Source: Candidatus Latescibacterota bacterium
Lineage (GTDB): Bacteria > Latescibacterota > UBA2968 > GCA-2709665
Direction of reading: 5' to 3'
DNA length: 64,000 nt
Assembly (NCBI GenBank): GCA_965222075.1
Contig: OZ244937.1
Coordinates: forward strand, 5,152,001 to 5,216,000
Shown piece after piece: positions 49,208-58,320 of this stretch. Under the pieces are notes generated by a model. It ran no database searches. It saw nothing but the letters and a program-made list of their open reading frames with translations, and was not told where the DNA came from. Position numbers and translations under genes: made by a program. The stretch's first letter is position 1; every line of letters begins with the position of its first letter.

Positions 49208-50089
49208 ATGGCAACCACACAACCGATAAGAAACCGCATCCAGGCGCTCAAACGAGAGTACGATACCTTGCGCCAGGGCAAGGAATCGCTGCTGTCGATG
49301 ATTGACGATGTGGAAATACCCGAGAGTGTGTACAACTCGAACGCGATCGAGAATTCAACCCTCACCCTCGAGGAAACAGAGAGAATTCTGTTGGAGCAGA
49401 TGCTGTCCAGGAATGTGTCTGTGCGGGAAGTCTTCGAGGCAAAAAACCTGGCCCGGGTCACAGAATACAAGCGCAAAAAAGCCAGGGATAGTCAGCTGAA
49501 CAAAGACCTGATACTGCTCTTGCATCAGATGCTTATCGGCGGCATTGATGATGCCATCGCCGGCCGCTTTCGCCAGGCGGGGGAATATGTGCGGGTGGGC
49601 ACGCATATCGCGCCCGCGCCTGAGCATGTAGAGCGCATGATCGATAACATTCTTATCGAATATTCCAGCGACCTCGGCTCTTACTTCCTGGACAAGATTG
49701 CCCGATTTCACCTGGATTTCGAGACCATCCATCCCTTCTGCGACGGCAACGGCCGAATGGGGCGCGTCATCATCAATTTTCAACTCCTGAAGCTCAGTCT
49801 ACCGCGCCTGATTATCCGCAACTCGGAGAAGGAGCGGTACTATCGGGCATTCAGGGAATATGGGGACGGCAAAACGACAAAGACGATGGAACGCATCCTG
49901 TCGCTGGCTCTGGTAGAAGCGTTGCACAAAAGGCTGAGCTACCTCAGGGGCGAGGTGATCATCAGATTGTCGAAATACATCGTACAGAATGGACTTTCGG
50001 CGCCCGCCGTCACCAACGCCGCCCGCCGTCAGACCCTTCCCGCCTTCCGCGAGAAGGGGGTGTGGAAGATTGCAGAAAGCTTTGAGTAG
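49208..50089 (+). CDS. Fic family protein with N-terminal inhibitory motif
   Basis: HPFCDGNGRMGR Fic motif; SNAIEN matches (S/T)xxxE(G/N). Confidence 0.92.
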   Translation: MATTQPIRNRIQALKREYDTLRQGKESLLSMIDDVEIPESVYNSNAIENSTLTLEETERILLEQMLSRNVSVREVFEAKNLARVTEYKRKKARDSQLNKDLILLLHQMLIGGIDDAIAGRFRQAGEYVRVGTHIAPAPEHVERMIDNILIEYSSDLGSYFLDKIARFHLDFETIHPFCDGNGRMGRVIINFQLLKLSLPRLIIRNSEKERYYRAFREYGDGKTTKTMERILSLALVEALHKRLSYLRGEVIIRLSKYIVQNGLSAPAVTNAARRQTLPAFREKGVWKIAESFE

Positions 50090-50167
50090 ATTCGCACCGA
50101 GGAGACTATGATATGCCGGAACTATCGATTTCTACATTGTCTTGTTACACAGGTGACTGGAGGGGGT

Positions 50168-51988
50168 ATGGAACAGCCTATCCGGATTCTTCAGGCGGGG
50201 AACGATCCTTCGGAGGGTCTGTGCGCCGAGGTGCTCCGGTGCGAGGGATTTCCCTGGTTCGATGAGCGTTCGGCCGGGGCGTTTGATGGGGTTCCCCCGG
50301 GCGTAAGCCTGGTGGTTGTGGCCGGTGTTGGCGTTGACAGAGGGACCGCCGAGCGGCTGGCAAAGGCGGTGTCCGGGGGTGTGTCGCTGATCGCGGTTGC
50401 GCCGGACCCGACGCTTGCGGCGGCGTTTGGGGTGAGGGTGGGAGGGGCGGTGGAGGACGCGCATCTGTCGGTGACGGGATTGCCAGGCTGGGAGCACGGG
50501 GAGGTGGCGCTGCTGTGTCCGGACGATGCGGGACGTCCGCTACGGGGGGGGCGCGAGGCGGCCGCGCTGCGGGATTCCGGAGGCGAAAGGTGCGGCGCGG
50601 GGTTGGTTTCGGTGAAGTTGGGCGCGGGGACGGCCTGGATTTACGGGTACGATCTGTGCCGGACGGTTGCCACGCTGCGCCATGGTACAGGCGATGTGCA
50701 CGAGCGGCTGGCGAAGGATATGGGGCCGCTGACGGGCCCCCGGCATATTTACGGGTTTTTCGAACTTTCCGACAAGCTGCCACGCGATGTGCCGGTGTGC
50801 GACCTTCACCAGGATATTTTGCGGACGCTTGTGGGAGAGGCGCTTTCCGATACCTGCCTGCCGAGGCTGTGGCACTTTCCGGATGCGGCCCCGGCGCTGT
50901 GGTTTGTGAAAGGGGACGGCTGTGGAGAGGCCGGCGCCGATGTGGAGGTGGAGGTTGTGGAGCAGTACGGGGCTTATCTGACGTTCTACCGCCCGCCCGT
51001 GAGCCGGTATGGCGGGGACCTGATGCGCGACTGGCACGCGCGCGGGCACGGGATTACCATCGAAGCAAACCTGGACGATATCACACGGCCGGTTGTTGAG
51101 GTTTCGGGGAAGACGGAGCGAAAGGCGCTGACGGTGGAGGATCTGAACGAGAATGCGCTGCCGGATATTCGGGCCAACCTGGAGCAGCATCGCGACAGCT
51201 TTATGCGAGAGACGGGGCTGGAGATGGATACGATCTGCATCCACGGATGCCAGTGGTCCGGACAGCCGATGGCGGAGATGGTGGTTGAGCTCGGCTGGTA
51301 CACGCCCACCCATTTTATCTCGCACGATCCGCGCATGCGGCACGACGAGCGCTACGGGCCGTATATGATCTCGACGGCGCTGCCACTGCGCTACTTCCAG
51401 CACGGGGTGGGGGTGCTGGCGCTGTGGCACATGCCTGCGCAGTGGGACGAGAGCCAGACGCTTGGAGAACGCGATTCGACGGATGCTAAATCCATGGGCA
51501 GGGTAGGCCTTTCGGCGGAGGCCTACGGGGCGGAGTTGGCCCGGTTCGCCGAGGATGCGGCAAAGCGCTGGCACGGGGTGCAGATCGCCAATTTCCACCC
51601 CAGTTATGTGGCGATACCGCAGGACGATCCGAGGGCGTCCCGGCGGGCGCTGGAGATGGGCCTGGGTGGGGCCCGGGCGGCGGGCTGCCGGTTCGAGAAC
51701 CAGGAGCGGTGGTCGCTTTTCTCCCGCGCCCGGGCGGATGTGCGGCTCACCGGGCGACGGAGGGAGGGGGACGCCGAGTTTCTGACTGTGGATTCGCCGG
51801 GGGACCTGGAAGCGCTAACGCTGCTGCTGCCCGACGGTGTGACCGAGATTCGAGCGGCGGAGTCAGGCGAGGCGCTGGAGGTACGTGAGGTAGAGCTTGA
51901 GGGGCGGAAACAACAGTGTGTGGTGGTGGACCTGCATGCGGGGGCGCCACGGACGCTGCGGGTGGTGAAAGACAGAGGTGAAAGGTGA
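50168..51988 (+). CDS. Hypothetical NodB-like domain protein (paralog of 35549-37330)
   Basis: DLHQDIL, PRLWHFP, KGDG, W.ARGH, NFHP, ELEGR. Confidence 0.6.
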   Translation: MEQPIRILQAGNDPSEGLCAEVLRCEGFPWFDERSAGAFDGVPPGVSLVVVAGVGVDRGTAERLAKAVSGGVSLIAVAPDPTLAAAFGVRVGGAVEDAHLSVTGLPGWEHGEVALLCPDDAGRPLRGGREAAALRDSGGERCGAGLVSVKLGAGTAWIYGYDLCRTVATLRHGTGDVHERLAKDMGPLTGPRHIYGFFELSDKLPRDVPVCDLHQDILRTLVGEALSDTCLPRLWHFPDAAPALWFVKGDGCGEAGADVEVEVVEQYGAYLTFYRPPVSRYGGDLMRDWHARGHGITIEANLDDITRPVVEVSGKTERKALTVEDLNENALPDIRANLEQHRDSFMRETGLEMDTICIHGCQWSGQPMAEMVVELGWYTPTHFISHDPRMRHDERYGPYMISTALPLRYFQHGVGVLALWHMPAQWDESQTLGERDSTDAKSMGRVGLSAEAYGAELARFAEDAAKRWHGVQIANFHPSYVAIPQDDPRASRRALEMGLGGARAAGCRFENQERWSLFSRARADVRLTGRRREGDAEFLTVDSPGDLEALTLLLPDGVTEIRAAESGEALEVREVELEGRKQQCVVVDLHAGAPRTLRVVKDRGER

Positions 51989-52052
51989 AGGCGATTGTGG
52001 ATTGCGGAATGCGGAATGGAGGTTTTTCAATCCGAACTCAAAGGAGGTTGGT

Positions 52053-53183
52053 ATGGAGCGGTTCGGGCAGCTGGAACTGGATTATCTGGCGAAGGTGATC
52101 GCCAGCGGGACGCTGAACAGCAAGACGGGGAAGTTCACGCCGGAGCTGGAGGAGCGGTTCGCAAAATGGGTTGGGGCCGAGCAGGCGGTGGCGATGAACA
52201 GTGCGATGAGCGTGTTGCACGCGTCCGTGGCGGCGGTGGGCGTGGGCCCGGGGGTGGAGGTGATTTGCGATTCGGTGGTCCATTTCGGGGGCGCGGCCGT
52301 GATGTATCACAACGGGGTGCCGGTGTTTTGCGATATCGACCAGGATAGCTGGAATATGGATCCGAAGTCTCTGGAGGCGTGCATCACGGAGCACACGGGC
52401 GCGATTATCTGCACGCCGATGTGGGGAAATCCCCCCGATTACGAGGGGATTCTGCGCGTGGCGAAGAAGCACGGGCTGCCGGTGATCGAAGATGTGGCGC
52501 ACGGGGTGGGGGGCTCTTATAAGGGCAAGGCGCTGGGGACCTTAGGGGCCATCGGGTCTTTCAGTTTTCAGGAGGCCAAGCACCTCACCAGCGGGGACGG
52601 GGGGATGGCGGTGACCAACCGGCCCGAGCTGGCCGACAGGATGCTGGAGATGCGTATTCTGAAGACGACGCTGGGCTGGAATTTTCGAATGACGGAACTG
52701 CAGGCGGGGGTGATGCTGGCGCAGATGGAGAAAGCCGAAGAGATTATTGCGGCGCACCATAAGGCCGGGGCGCTTTACCGTGAGGCCGCGAAAGAATCTC
52801 CCTGGCTCGTGCCGCAGCGGGTGGGGGAAGGATGCGTCCATGCTTACCACGGCGTTGCGTTCCGGTTCGAGGGGGACAGTGAAGGGATACCGGTGGAGCG
52901 TTTTCAGGAGACGATGCGTCAACACGGGTGTCAGGTCTCCATCGGGTACAAGAGACGCTCCGCGGCGGAAGATCCGATTTTTACGGAGGTTCTGGCCTAC
53001 GGCAAGGGGTGCCCCATCCGGTGCCCCCTTTACAAGGGCGAAGCGCGCTATGGAAAAGGGGTAACGCCCGTGGCCGACCGCGCGGTGCCCCGGATGGTGG
53101 TGATGCCGACGGATGTGTATACTCCGGGTAAGACGGAGGAATATGCGGAGAAGATCCAGGCGGGGTTGAGAGCGCTTGGTTAA
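52053..53183 (+). CDS. DegT/DnrJ/EryC1/StrS aminotransferase
   Basis: GVPVFCDID, VIEDVAH, FSFQEAKHLTSGDGG, NFRMTELQA; AGGAGG RBS. Confidence 0.92.
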   Translation: MERFGQLELDYLAKVIASGTLNSKTGKFTPELEERFAKWVGAEQAVAMNSAMSVLHASVAAVGVGPGVEVICDSVVHFGGAAVMYHNGVPVFCDIDQDSWNMDPKSLEACITEHTGAIICTPMWGNPPDYEGILRVAKKHGLPVIEDVAHGVGGSYKGKALGTLGAIGSFSFQEAKHLTSGDGGMAVTNRPELADRMLEMRILKTTLGWNFRMTELQAGVMLAQMEKAEEIIAAHHKAGALYREAAKESPWLVPQRVGEGCVHAYHGVAFRFEGDSEGIPVERFQETMRQHGCQVSIGYKRRSAAEDPIFTEVLAYGKGCPIRCPLYKGEARYGKGVTPVADRAVPRMVVMPTDVYTPGKTEEYAEKIQAGLRALG

Positions 53184-53195
53184 GAAAAGAGACCG

Positions 53196-53750
53196 TCAAC
53201 GGGCTCCGGCCTCTTTCAGCTTGTCGTGAAACGAGGTTTTGAGTTTTCGAACTTTCGGGTCGATCACCACCCGGCAGTAGGGCTGGTCAGCATTCAGGCG
53301 GTAGTAATTCTGATGGTCGTCTTCCGCCGGATAAAAGGCCTGTAAGGCCGCGATTTCCGTGACGATGGAATCAGGCCACAGATCCGAAGCATTTGTTTCT
53401 GTTTTGGACCGCTCCGAAAGGATCTTCTGTGCTGCATCGTGATAAAATATCACCGAGCGGTACTGCGTACCCACGTCGGCGCCCTGTCGGTTGAGGGTGG
53501 TCGGATCGTGGGTGCGCCAGAAAATATCGAGCAGGTCTTCAAACGAGATTATCTCGGGATCGAATTTGATCTGTACCACTTCCGCATGGCCCGTGGCTCC
53601 CGTGCATACCTGCCCGTAGGTCGGGTTCGGGGCCGAACCTCCAGCATACCCTGATACCATGCGGTGCACGCCCTTCAGGTCCTGAAAAATGGCTTCCACG
53701 CACCAGAAACACCCGCCGCCAAAGGTTGCGGTCTCTAATTTTTGGGTCAT
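53196..53750 (-). CDS. msrA: Peptide-methionine (S)-S-oxide reductase
   Basis: GGGCFWC, TGHAEVV, HDPTTLNRQG.D.GTQYRS, FYPAE..HQNYY. Confidence 0.96.
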   Translation of the reverse strand: MTQKLETATFGGGCFWCVEAIFQDLKGVHRMVSGYAGGSAPNPTYGQVCTGATGHAEVVQIKFDPEIISFEDLLDIFWRTHDPTTLNRQGADVGTQYRSVIFYHDAAQKILSERSKTETNASDLWPDSIVTEIAALQAFYPAEDDHQNYYRLNADQPYCRVVIDPKVRKLKTSFHDKLKEAGAR

Positions 53751-53906
53751 CTTTCCTCCTTTAGCGGTAAAAGGGTTGAGGGATCTTCAGGCGCAACAAG
53801 ATGGAGCATAAATTGGAAAAATGCAACACTTTTGGTGATGGTGTCTGTTTCTGACCGGGATAAGATTAGTCCGGAGCTGTAGAATTCAACTGGAGTTGAT
53901 GTCGGT

Positions 53907-53930
53907 ATGAGACCCGTGCGCATCGGAGTC
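53907..53930 (+). pseudogene. 8-codon remnant of a Gfo/Idh/MocA gene start
   Basis: atgagacccgtgcgcatcggagt is identical to 57523-57545, with a similar upstream sequence. Confidence 0.55.
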
Positions 53931-53978
53931 GGCCGGGCAGGGGTGTCCGGTTGAGCTGAATCGATCCAAGAGGTGAGT

Positions 53979-55247
53979 ATGGACCTGGACCGGGTGGTTT
54001 CCGAGTTGGGAATTGGGGAGAGCCGGGAGTTGCTGGAACTGGCGTGGGACGCCTCACAGGATGCGATGCCGGAGGGGGAGGTGGGCTTTCTTTCACCGGC
54101 ATTTCTCAGGGAGGCGTGCAGAGGGGTCTACCTGCCGGAGGAGATTACCGAAGCCGCGGTTGAGGCGGCACGGCGGGTGGGAGGGAATCCCGCGCTGTGC
54201 GCGCTGGCCTGGCACTGTCACTGGTGTCTCTACCGTTATGAGAATTATCCGAGCCGGCTCGCGGACCGGTGGCCGTCTATGGAGGGCGTGCTTGGGGATG
54301 CGGACGGTCTGTTTTACATGCTGGTGCTGCTGTCCTGGTTCCCACATATGGAGGCGGTCCACCGGGCGCATGCGCTTCCAGAGCCGGTTGTCCGGGAGAG
54401 TATGGACCAGATCTACCAGCGGGGCGTGTCGTGCAGCGGGATGTTCGGCAGGTGGGGGCTGGACGGGCATGCGGCCCGCTGGCTGTCCAACTACCTCTGG
54501 GGAGAGATTTATGCCCTGGGCAGACTGGTACACCAGTTCAGGGTTATCGACGATCCGATCCGGGTTTACCGCCACGGAGCGTCGTCGATGGTGATTGCGC
54601 TGAGCGAGGACGGGGTTTCCTACCGGGCGGATGGCCAGCGCTTCAGGAGGGGGGATATCGGGCGGATGTGGAGGTCCCGGCTCGTGGTGGCCGGGGAGGA
54701 GATTGTCGGGCATCCGATCCTGCCGACCGGCTGCGCCGTTGAACGGGAGGTTGCCCTGCCCGCAGGGGAGTGGGTCCCGGTGTTGGGCAGAGGAGATCCG
54801 GTCCTTTCATTTCATATTCCGGGCGGGACCCCCCTGGACCACGGGGCGTGCGGAGAATCCTTCCGCGTGGCGATGGCCTTTTTCCCACGCTACTTTCCCG
54901 AGCGGCCCTACAAGGCGTTTTACTGCGGGTCCTGGCTGCTGGATACCCAGCTGGAGGGCTGGTTGCCGCCGGTGTCGAACCTGGTGCGTTTCCTGAAGGA
55001 GTTTTATCTCATTCCCGGTGGAATATCCGAGACGTCGATTTTGCAGACGGTTTTTGGGGGTGTCCCGGAGGATTTGAGCCGGGCGCCCAGGGAGACGACG
55101 CTGCAGCGGGCGATTCTGGATCATCTGTTGGATGGCAAGCGGATAGATCCCGGCGCCGGCAAGTGTTTTCTGTTTCCGGAGGATTTGGACTGGGGTGGTC
55201 AGGTTTACCGAACATCAAAGTTTCCATGGCATCTTATTCGTGGTTGA
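53979..55247 (+). CDS. Acyltransferase-domain (GNAT-like) protein
   Basis: LGRL..Q, FHIPGG.PL, C.SWLLD.QL, SNLVRF, TTLQRA. Confidence 0.75.
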   Translation: MDLDRVVSELGIGESRELLELAWDASQDAMPEGEVGFLSPAFLREACRGVYLPEEITEAAVEAARRVGGNPALCALAWHCHWCLYRYENYPSRLADRWPSMEGVLGDADGLFYMLVLLSWFPHMEAVHRAHALPEPVVRESMDQIYQRGVSCSGMFGRWGLDGHAARWLSNYLWGEIYALGRLVHQFRVIDDPIRVYRHGASSMVIALSEDGVSYRADGQRFRRGDIGRMWRSRLVVAGEEIVGHPILPTGCAVEREVALPAGEWVPVLGRGDPVLSFHIPGGTPLDHGACGESFRVAMAFFPRYFPERPYKAFYCGSWLLDTQLEGWLPPVSNLVRFLKEFYLIPGGISETSILQTVFGGVPEDLSRAPRETTLQRAILDHLLDGKRIDPGAGKCFLFPEDLDWGGQVYRTSKFPWHLIRG

Positions 55248-55371
55248 AGTGGCTGGCACCGGGCCTACTGGAAGATAATGCGGCACCTTTCAGACACGGG
55301 GTCGGACTGAACGTGTTGAAGCTCTTGGAGTCGGCACGATACGTCATCAGCATCGGGTAGGGACCGTCGCC

Positions 55372-57459
55372 ATGCTCCAGCTTGCAGGATCGCTCGTCGC
55401 CCTGGTCGCGGGTGCGTTGCTGTACAGGTGGCTGCACGACCGACCTGGTAACGCGAAAGGCCGGGAACTCAGAGATCGAAGGGCCGAGGCCGGACATCAG
55501 GAGATCGGAGGGCCGGGGGTGGAGGTGGCTGCGGAGCAGGCCGGTCTGTCCCTCCGGGCATTCCTGATCGGTCTTGTCTTTTGCGTCTTCCTGGGTCTGG
55601 CGCTTCCCTATAACCGGATGGTGATCCAGGGGTCTGTTCTGCACTGGTATTTTGTGGACAGAGGGGCGCTCTTCCTCTTTTTCTGCCTGGTCCTGTTGAT
55701 CAATCCCCTCCTGAGTTTGCTGCGACGCAGTTATGCCCTAAAACGCGGTGAACTGCTGGCCATCTATGTGATGCTGCTGGTCTGCCAGCCGGCCTCGGCG
55801 ATCATCAGGCCGCTGCTGGCCTACCTGACGGGCGCAGCCTATTACGCGTCTCCGGAGCGGCGCGATCTGGAAGCCGTGCTGCCCCACGTCCTTCCCTGGA
55901 CGGCCCCGCAGGGGAGGGAAGTGGTACGGACGTTCTACGAAGGGCTGCCGAAAGGGGCTGACCTGCCGTGGGAGGCATGGGTTGTTCCCCTGGTGAGCTG
56001 GGGGGCGTTTATGATGGTCCTTTCGGGGGTGCTGGTCTGCCTTGCCGTGATCATGCGCAGGCAGTGGGAGGACCACGAACGGTTTGCCTTTCCGATTATG
56101 CAGGTTCCCCTGGCGCTGGCGGAGACAGGGGAGGGAAGGCTCGGCCCCCTGTTCAAGAACCGGCTGATGTGGGCCGGGGCTGTGGTTCCGCTGCTGATCG
56201 GATCGATCAATGCCCTGCACAACTACTTCTACACCCTGCCTGCAATCAGCCTGCGGACGGAGTTCTGGATTCTCCGGCGGACCACGCCCGTGCCGATCCG
56301 GATCAGCTTTGCCATCTTGGGATACACTTATTTTGTGAACACGGACATAAGCCTGAGCATCTGGGCGTTCAATGTGATCTCCAAGATTATCCGGGGGGTA
56401 TTGATCATCCTGGGGGCGGAACGGGGCTATGCGATGTCGGGTGTGGTGGGACCTTACAGTTCGAACGGGTCTGCGTTCCTTGCCATGATGGGAATGGGCT
56501 ATATGCTGGTCCTGGCCGCCTACAGCCTGTGGGTGGCACGGGGACACCTGAGGGAAGTGTGGACCAGGGCCCTGGGGAGGCCGTCGAAGGTGGACGATTC
56601 GGAGGAGGTGATTCCCTACAGAACGGCGGTGATGGGGTTTTTGGGAGGGCTGTTGTACCTGGGGTTCTGGCTGTACCAGGCGGGCACTTCGCCTCCCCTG
56701 ATCCTGTTCACTTTCATCGTCTGTTTTGGGGTGTTTCTGGTGATGGCGCGGATTGTGAGCGAGACCGGGTTTGTGGCCACCTACTCGCCGATGGACCCAC
56801 CGTCGGAGTTTGTGGTCTGTGCGGTGGGGTCCTCGGCTTTCAGCCCGGTGGGCCTGGTGACGTTCGGCTTCAGCTACGGATGGACGTTGACGCGGCCCAA
56901 CACGGTGATGGCCCACGCGCTGGGGGGGCTACGGCTGGCCGGCGGGATCCGGCGGAAGCGGGGATTGATCTGGGGCATGGGAGCAGCTATGGTTGCCGGG
57001 CTGATTTCGACCAGCTTTATGACGCTGAAGCTGGGATACATGTATGGAGGGCTCAATCTGGATCGATTTTTTCGGGACTATGCCGTCCTGCCCTTCGATG
57101 CGTTTGTGGGCAACCGGCTCCTGGAACCGAGCCCGATTTTCACCCCTGGGTTTCTTTACACGGGGATGGGGGCGGGTATTGCGGCACTTCTGATGGTGCT
57201 GCGGACACGGTTTGTGTGGTGGCCGCTGCACCCGGTGGCGCTTCCTATCAGCACGATCTGGTATACGGATCAGTTTTTCTTTAGCGTTTTTCTGGCCTGG
57301 GCCATCAAGGCACTGGTGCTGGCGTTTGGAGGTGCGTCGCTCTACAGGGGGACACGGCCTCTTTTTATCGGGATCATTCTGGGGGAGGTGGCCTGTGCGG
57401 GCGGATGGATTATTGTGGATTATTTCACCGGGATGGTGAGAAGCATCATCTATTTCTGA
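55372..57459 (+). CDS. DUF6785/DUF6784-like membrane protein (paralog 4) with a foreign N-terminal extension
   Basis: Core motifs as in the other paralogs; the extra hydrophobic MLQLAGSLVALVAGALLYRWLHDRP is absent from them. Confidence 0.75.
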   Translation: MLQLAGSLVALVAGALLYRWLHDRPGNAKGRELRDRRAEAGHQEIGGPGVEVAAEQAGLSLRAFLIGLVFCVFLGLALPYNRMVIQGSVLHWYFVDRGALFLFFCLVLLINPLLSLLRRSYALKRGELLAIYVMLLVCQPASAIIRPLLAYLTGAAYYASPERRDLEAVLPHVLPWTAPQGREVVRTFYEGLPKGADLPWEAWVVPLVSWGAFMMVLSGVLVCLAVIMRRQWEDHERFAFPIMQVPLALAETGEGRLGPLFKNRLMWAGAVVPLLIGSINALHNYFYTLPAISLRTEFWILRRTTPVPIRISFAILGYTYFVNTDISLSIWAFNVISKIIRGVLIILGAERGYAMSGVVGPYSSNGSAFLAMMGMGYMLVLAAYSLWVARGHLREVWTRALGRPSKVDDSEEVIPYRTAVMGFLGGLLYLGFWLYQAGTSPPLILFTFIVCFGVFLVMARIVSETGFVATYSPMDPPSEFVVCAVGSSAFSPVGLVTFGFSYGWTLTRPNTVMAHALGGLRLAGGIRRKRGLIWGMGAAMVAGLISTSFMTLKLGYMYGGLNLDRFFRDYAVLPFDAFVGNRLLEPSPIFTPGFLYTGMGAGIAALLMVLRTRFVWWPLHPVALPISTIWYTDQFFFSVFLAWAIKALVLAFGGASLYRGTRPLFIGIILGEVACAGGWIIVDYFTGMVRSIIYF

Positions 57460-57522
57460 CCGCTGGATAAAGAGGAGTACGATGAGATCCGGTTTCCGGT
57501 ATATGAGGAGGTTGATGCCGAT

Positions 57523-57834
57523 ATGAGACCCGTGCGCATCGGAGTTGCGGGGTTGGGGATGTTTGGGGAGGTGCACATCCAGGCGATGAGCCGGATTCCG
57601 GAGTTTGAGCTGGTCTCGGTCTGTTCGCGTTCGGAGGAACGGGCGAGGCAGATCGCCGAGACGTATGGGGTCAGCCGCTGGTATACCGATTTACAGTCGT
57701 TTGCAGCGGATCCTGAGATCGAGGCGGTAGACATCGTGAACGAAGTAGGCCGGCATGCGGAGGTGGCGCAGGTTGCGCTTGAGGCCGGGAAGGACGTGCT
57801 GGTGGAGAAGCCGCTGAGCGCGCGAATGGATGAG
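57523..57834 (+). pseudogene. Truncated Gfo/Idh/MocA oxidoreductase (N-terminal domain only)
   Basis: IGVAGLG.FG..H, ALEAGKDVLVEKPL, then abrupt loss of similarity. Confidence 0.8.
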
Positions 57835-57937
57835 TCCGGTCTTCACCAGGGGGGTTCTGTATCTGAGCATGGGGGGAGCCATTGCGGCCCTTCTGGCGGT
57901 GATGCGGACCCGGTTTGTGTGGTGGCCGCTTCACCCG
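57833..57937 (+). pseudogene. Fragment of a fifth DUF6785/DUF6784-like gene
   Basis: SPVFTRGVLYLSMGGAIAALLAVMRTRFVWWPLHP aligns with the paralog C-termini. Confidence 0.8.
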
Positions 57938-58287
57938 GGCGATGCGCTGGTGGTGGCGACGGGCTACGACCGGTTTGGGAGCAACGACATCCGCTGTGAG
58001 CATACGCCGCATTTCAGCTATGACGCGATGAGTGGGCGGTGAATCACAAGCCTTCGATCATCGCTTCTGACATGGCCAGCTGGTACGACGGCGAGGAAAA
58101 GCCGAGTTTCTGGCCGATGCTCCAGAAGTCCGGCGTGCTGATCATCGGGTCGCTGCTAAACGTGACGCGGATTATTGTGCCGCGCATCCGGTTGATCGCG
58201 CTGCCGATGAAGATCCAGGGGGCGTGCGCAGCGCCGTGTCGGCTGATTGCCATCCTGCCATCGGACAGTCCGGAGCCGAAAACATGA
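57935..58287 (+). pseudogene. C-terminal remnant of a cyclase/kynurenine-formamidase-family gene, frameshifted
   Basis: PGDALVVATG ... LIALPMKIQGACAAPCRLIA; adding one G near 58031 gives AMEWAVNHKP. Confidence 0.65.
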
Positions 58288-58320
58288 TACTGGTAATCTT
58301 TAAAAAATAAGAGGGTGGAG

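Noticed and set aside
51990-52040. Short GCGGAAT tandem repeat between genes
   Set aside because: Only about two copies; too short to call an element from this window
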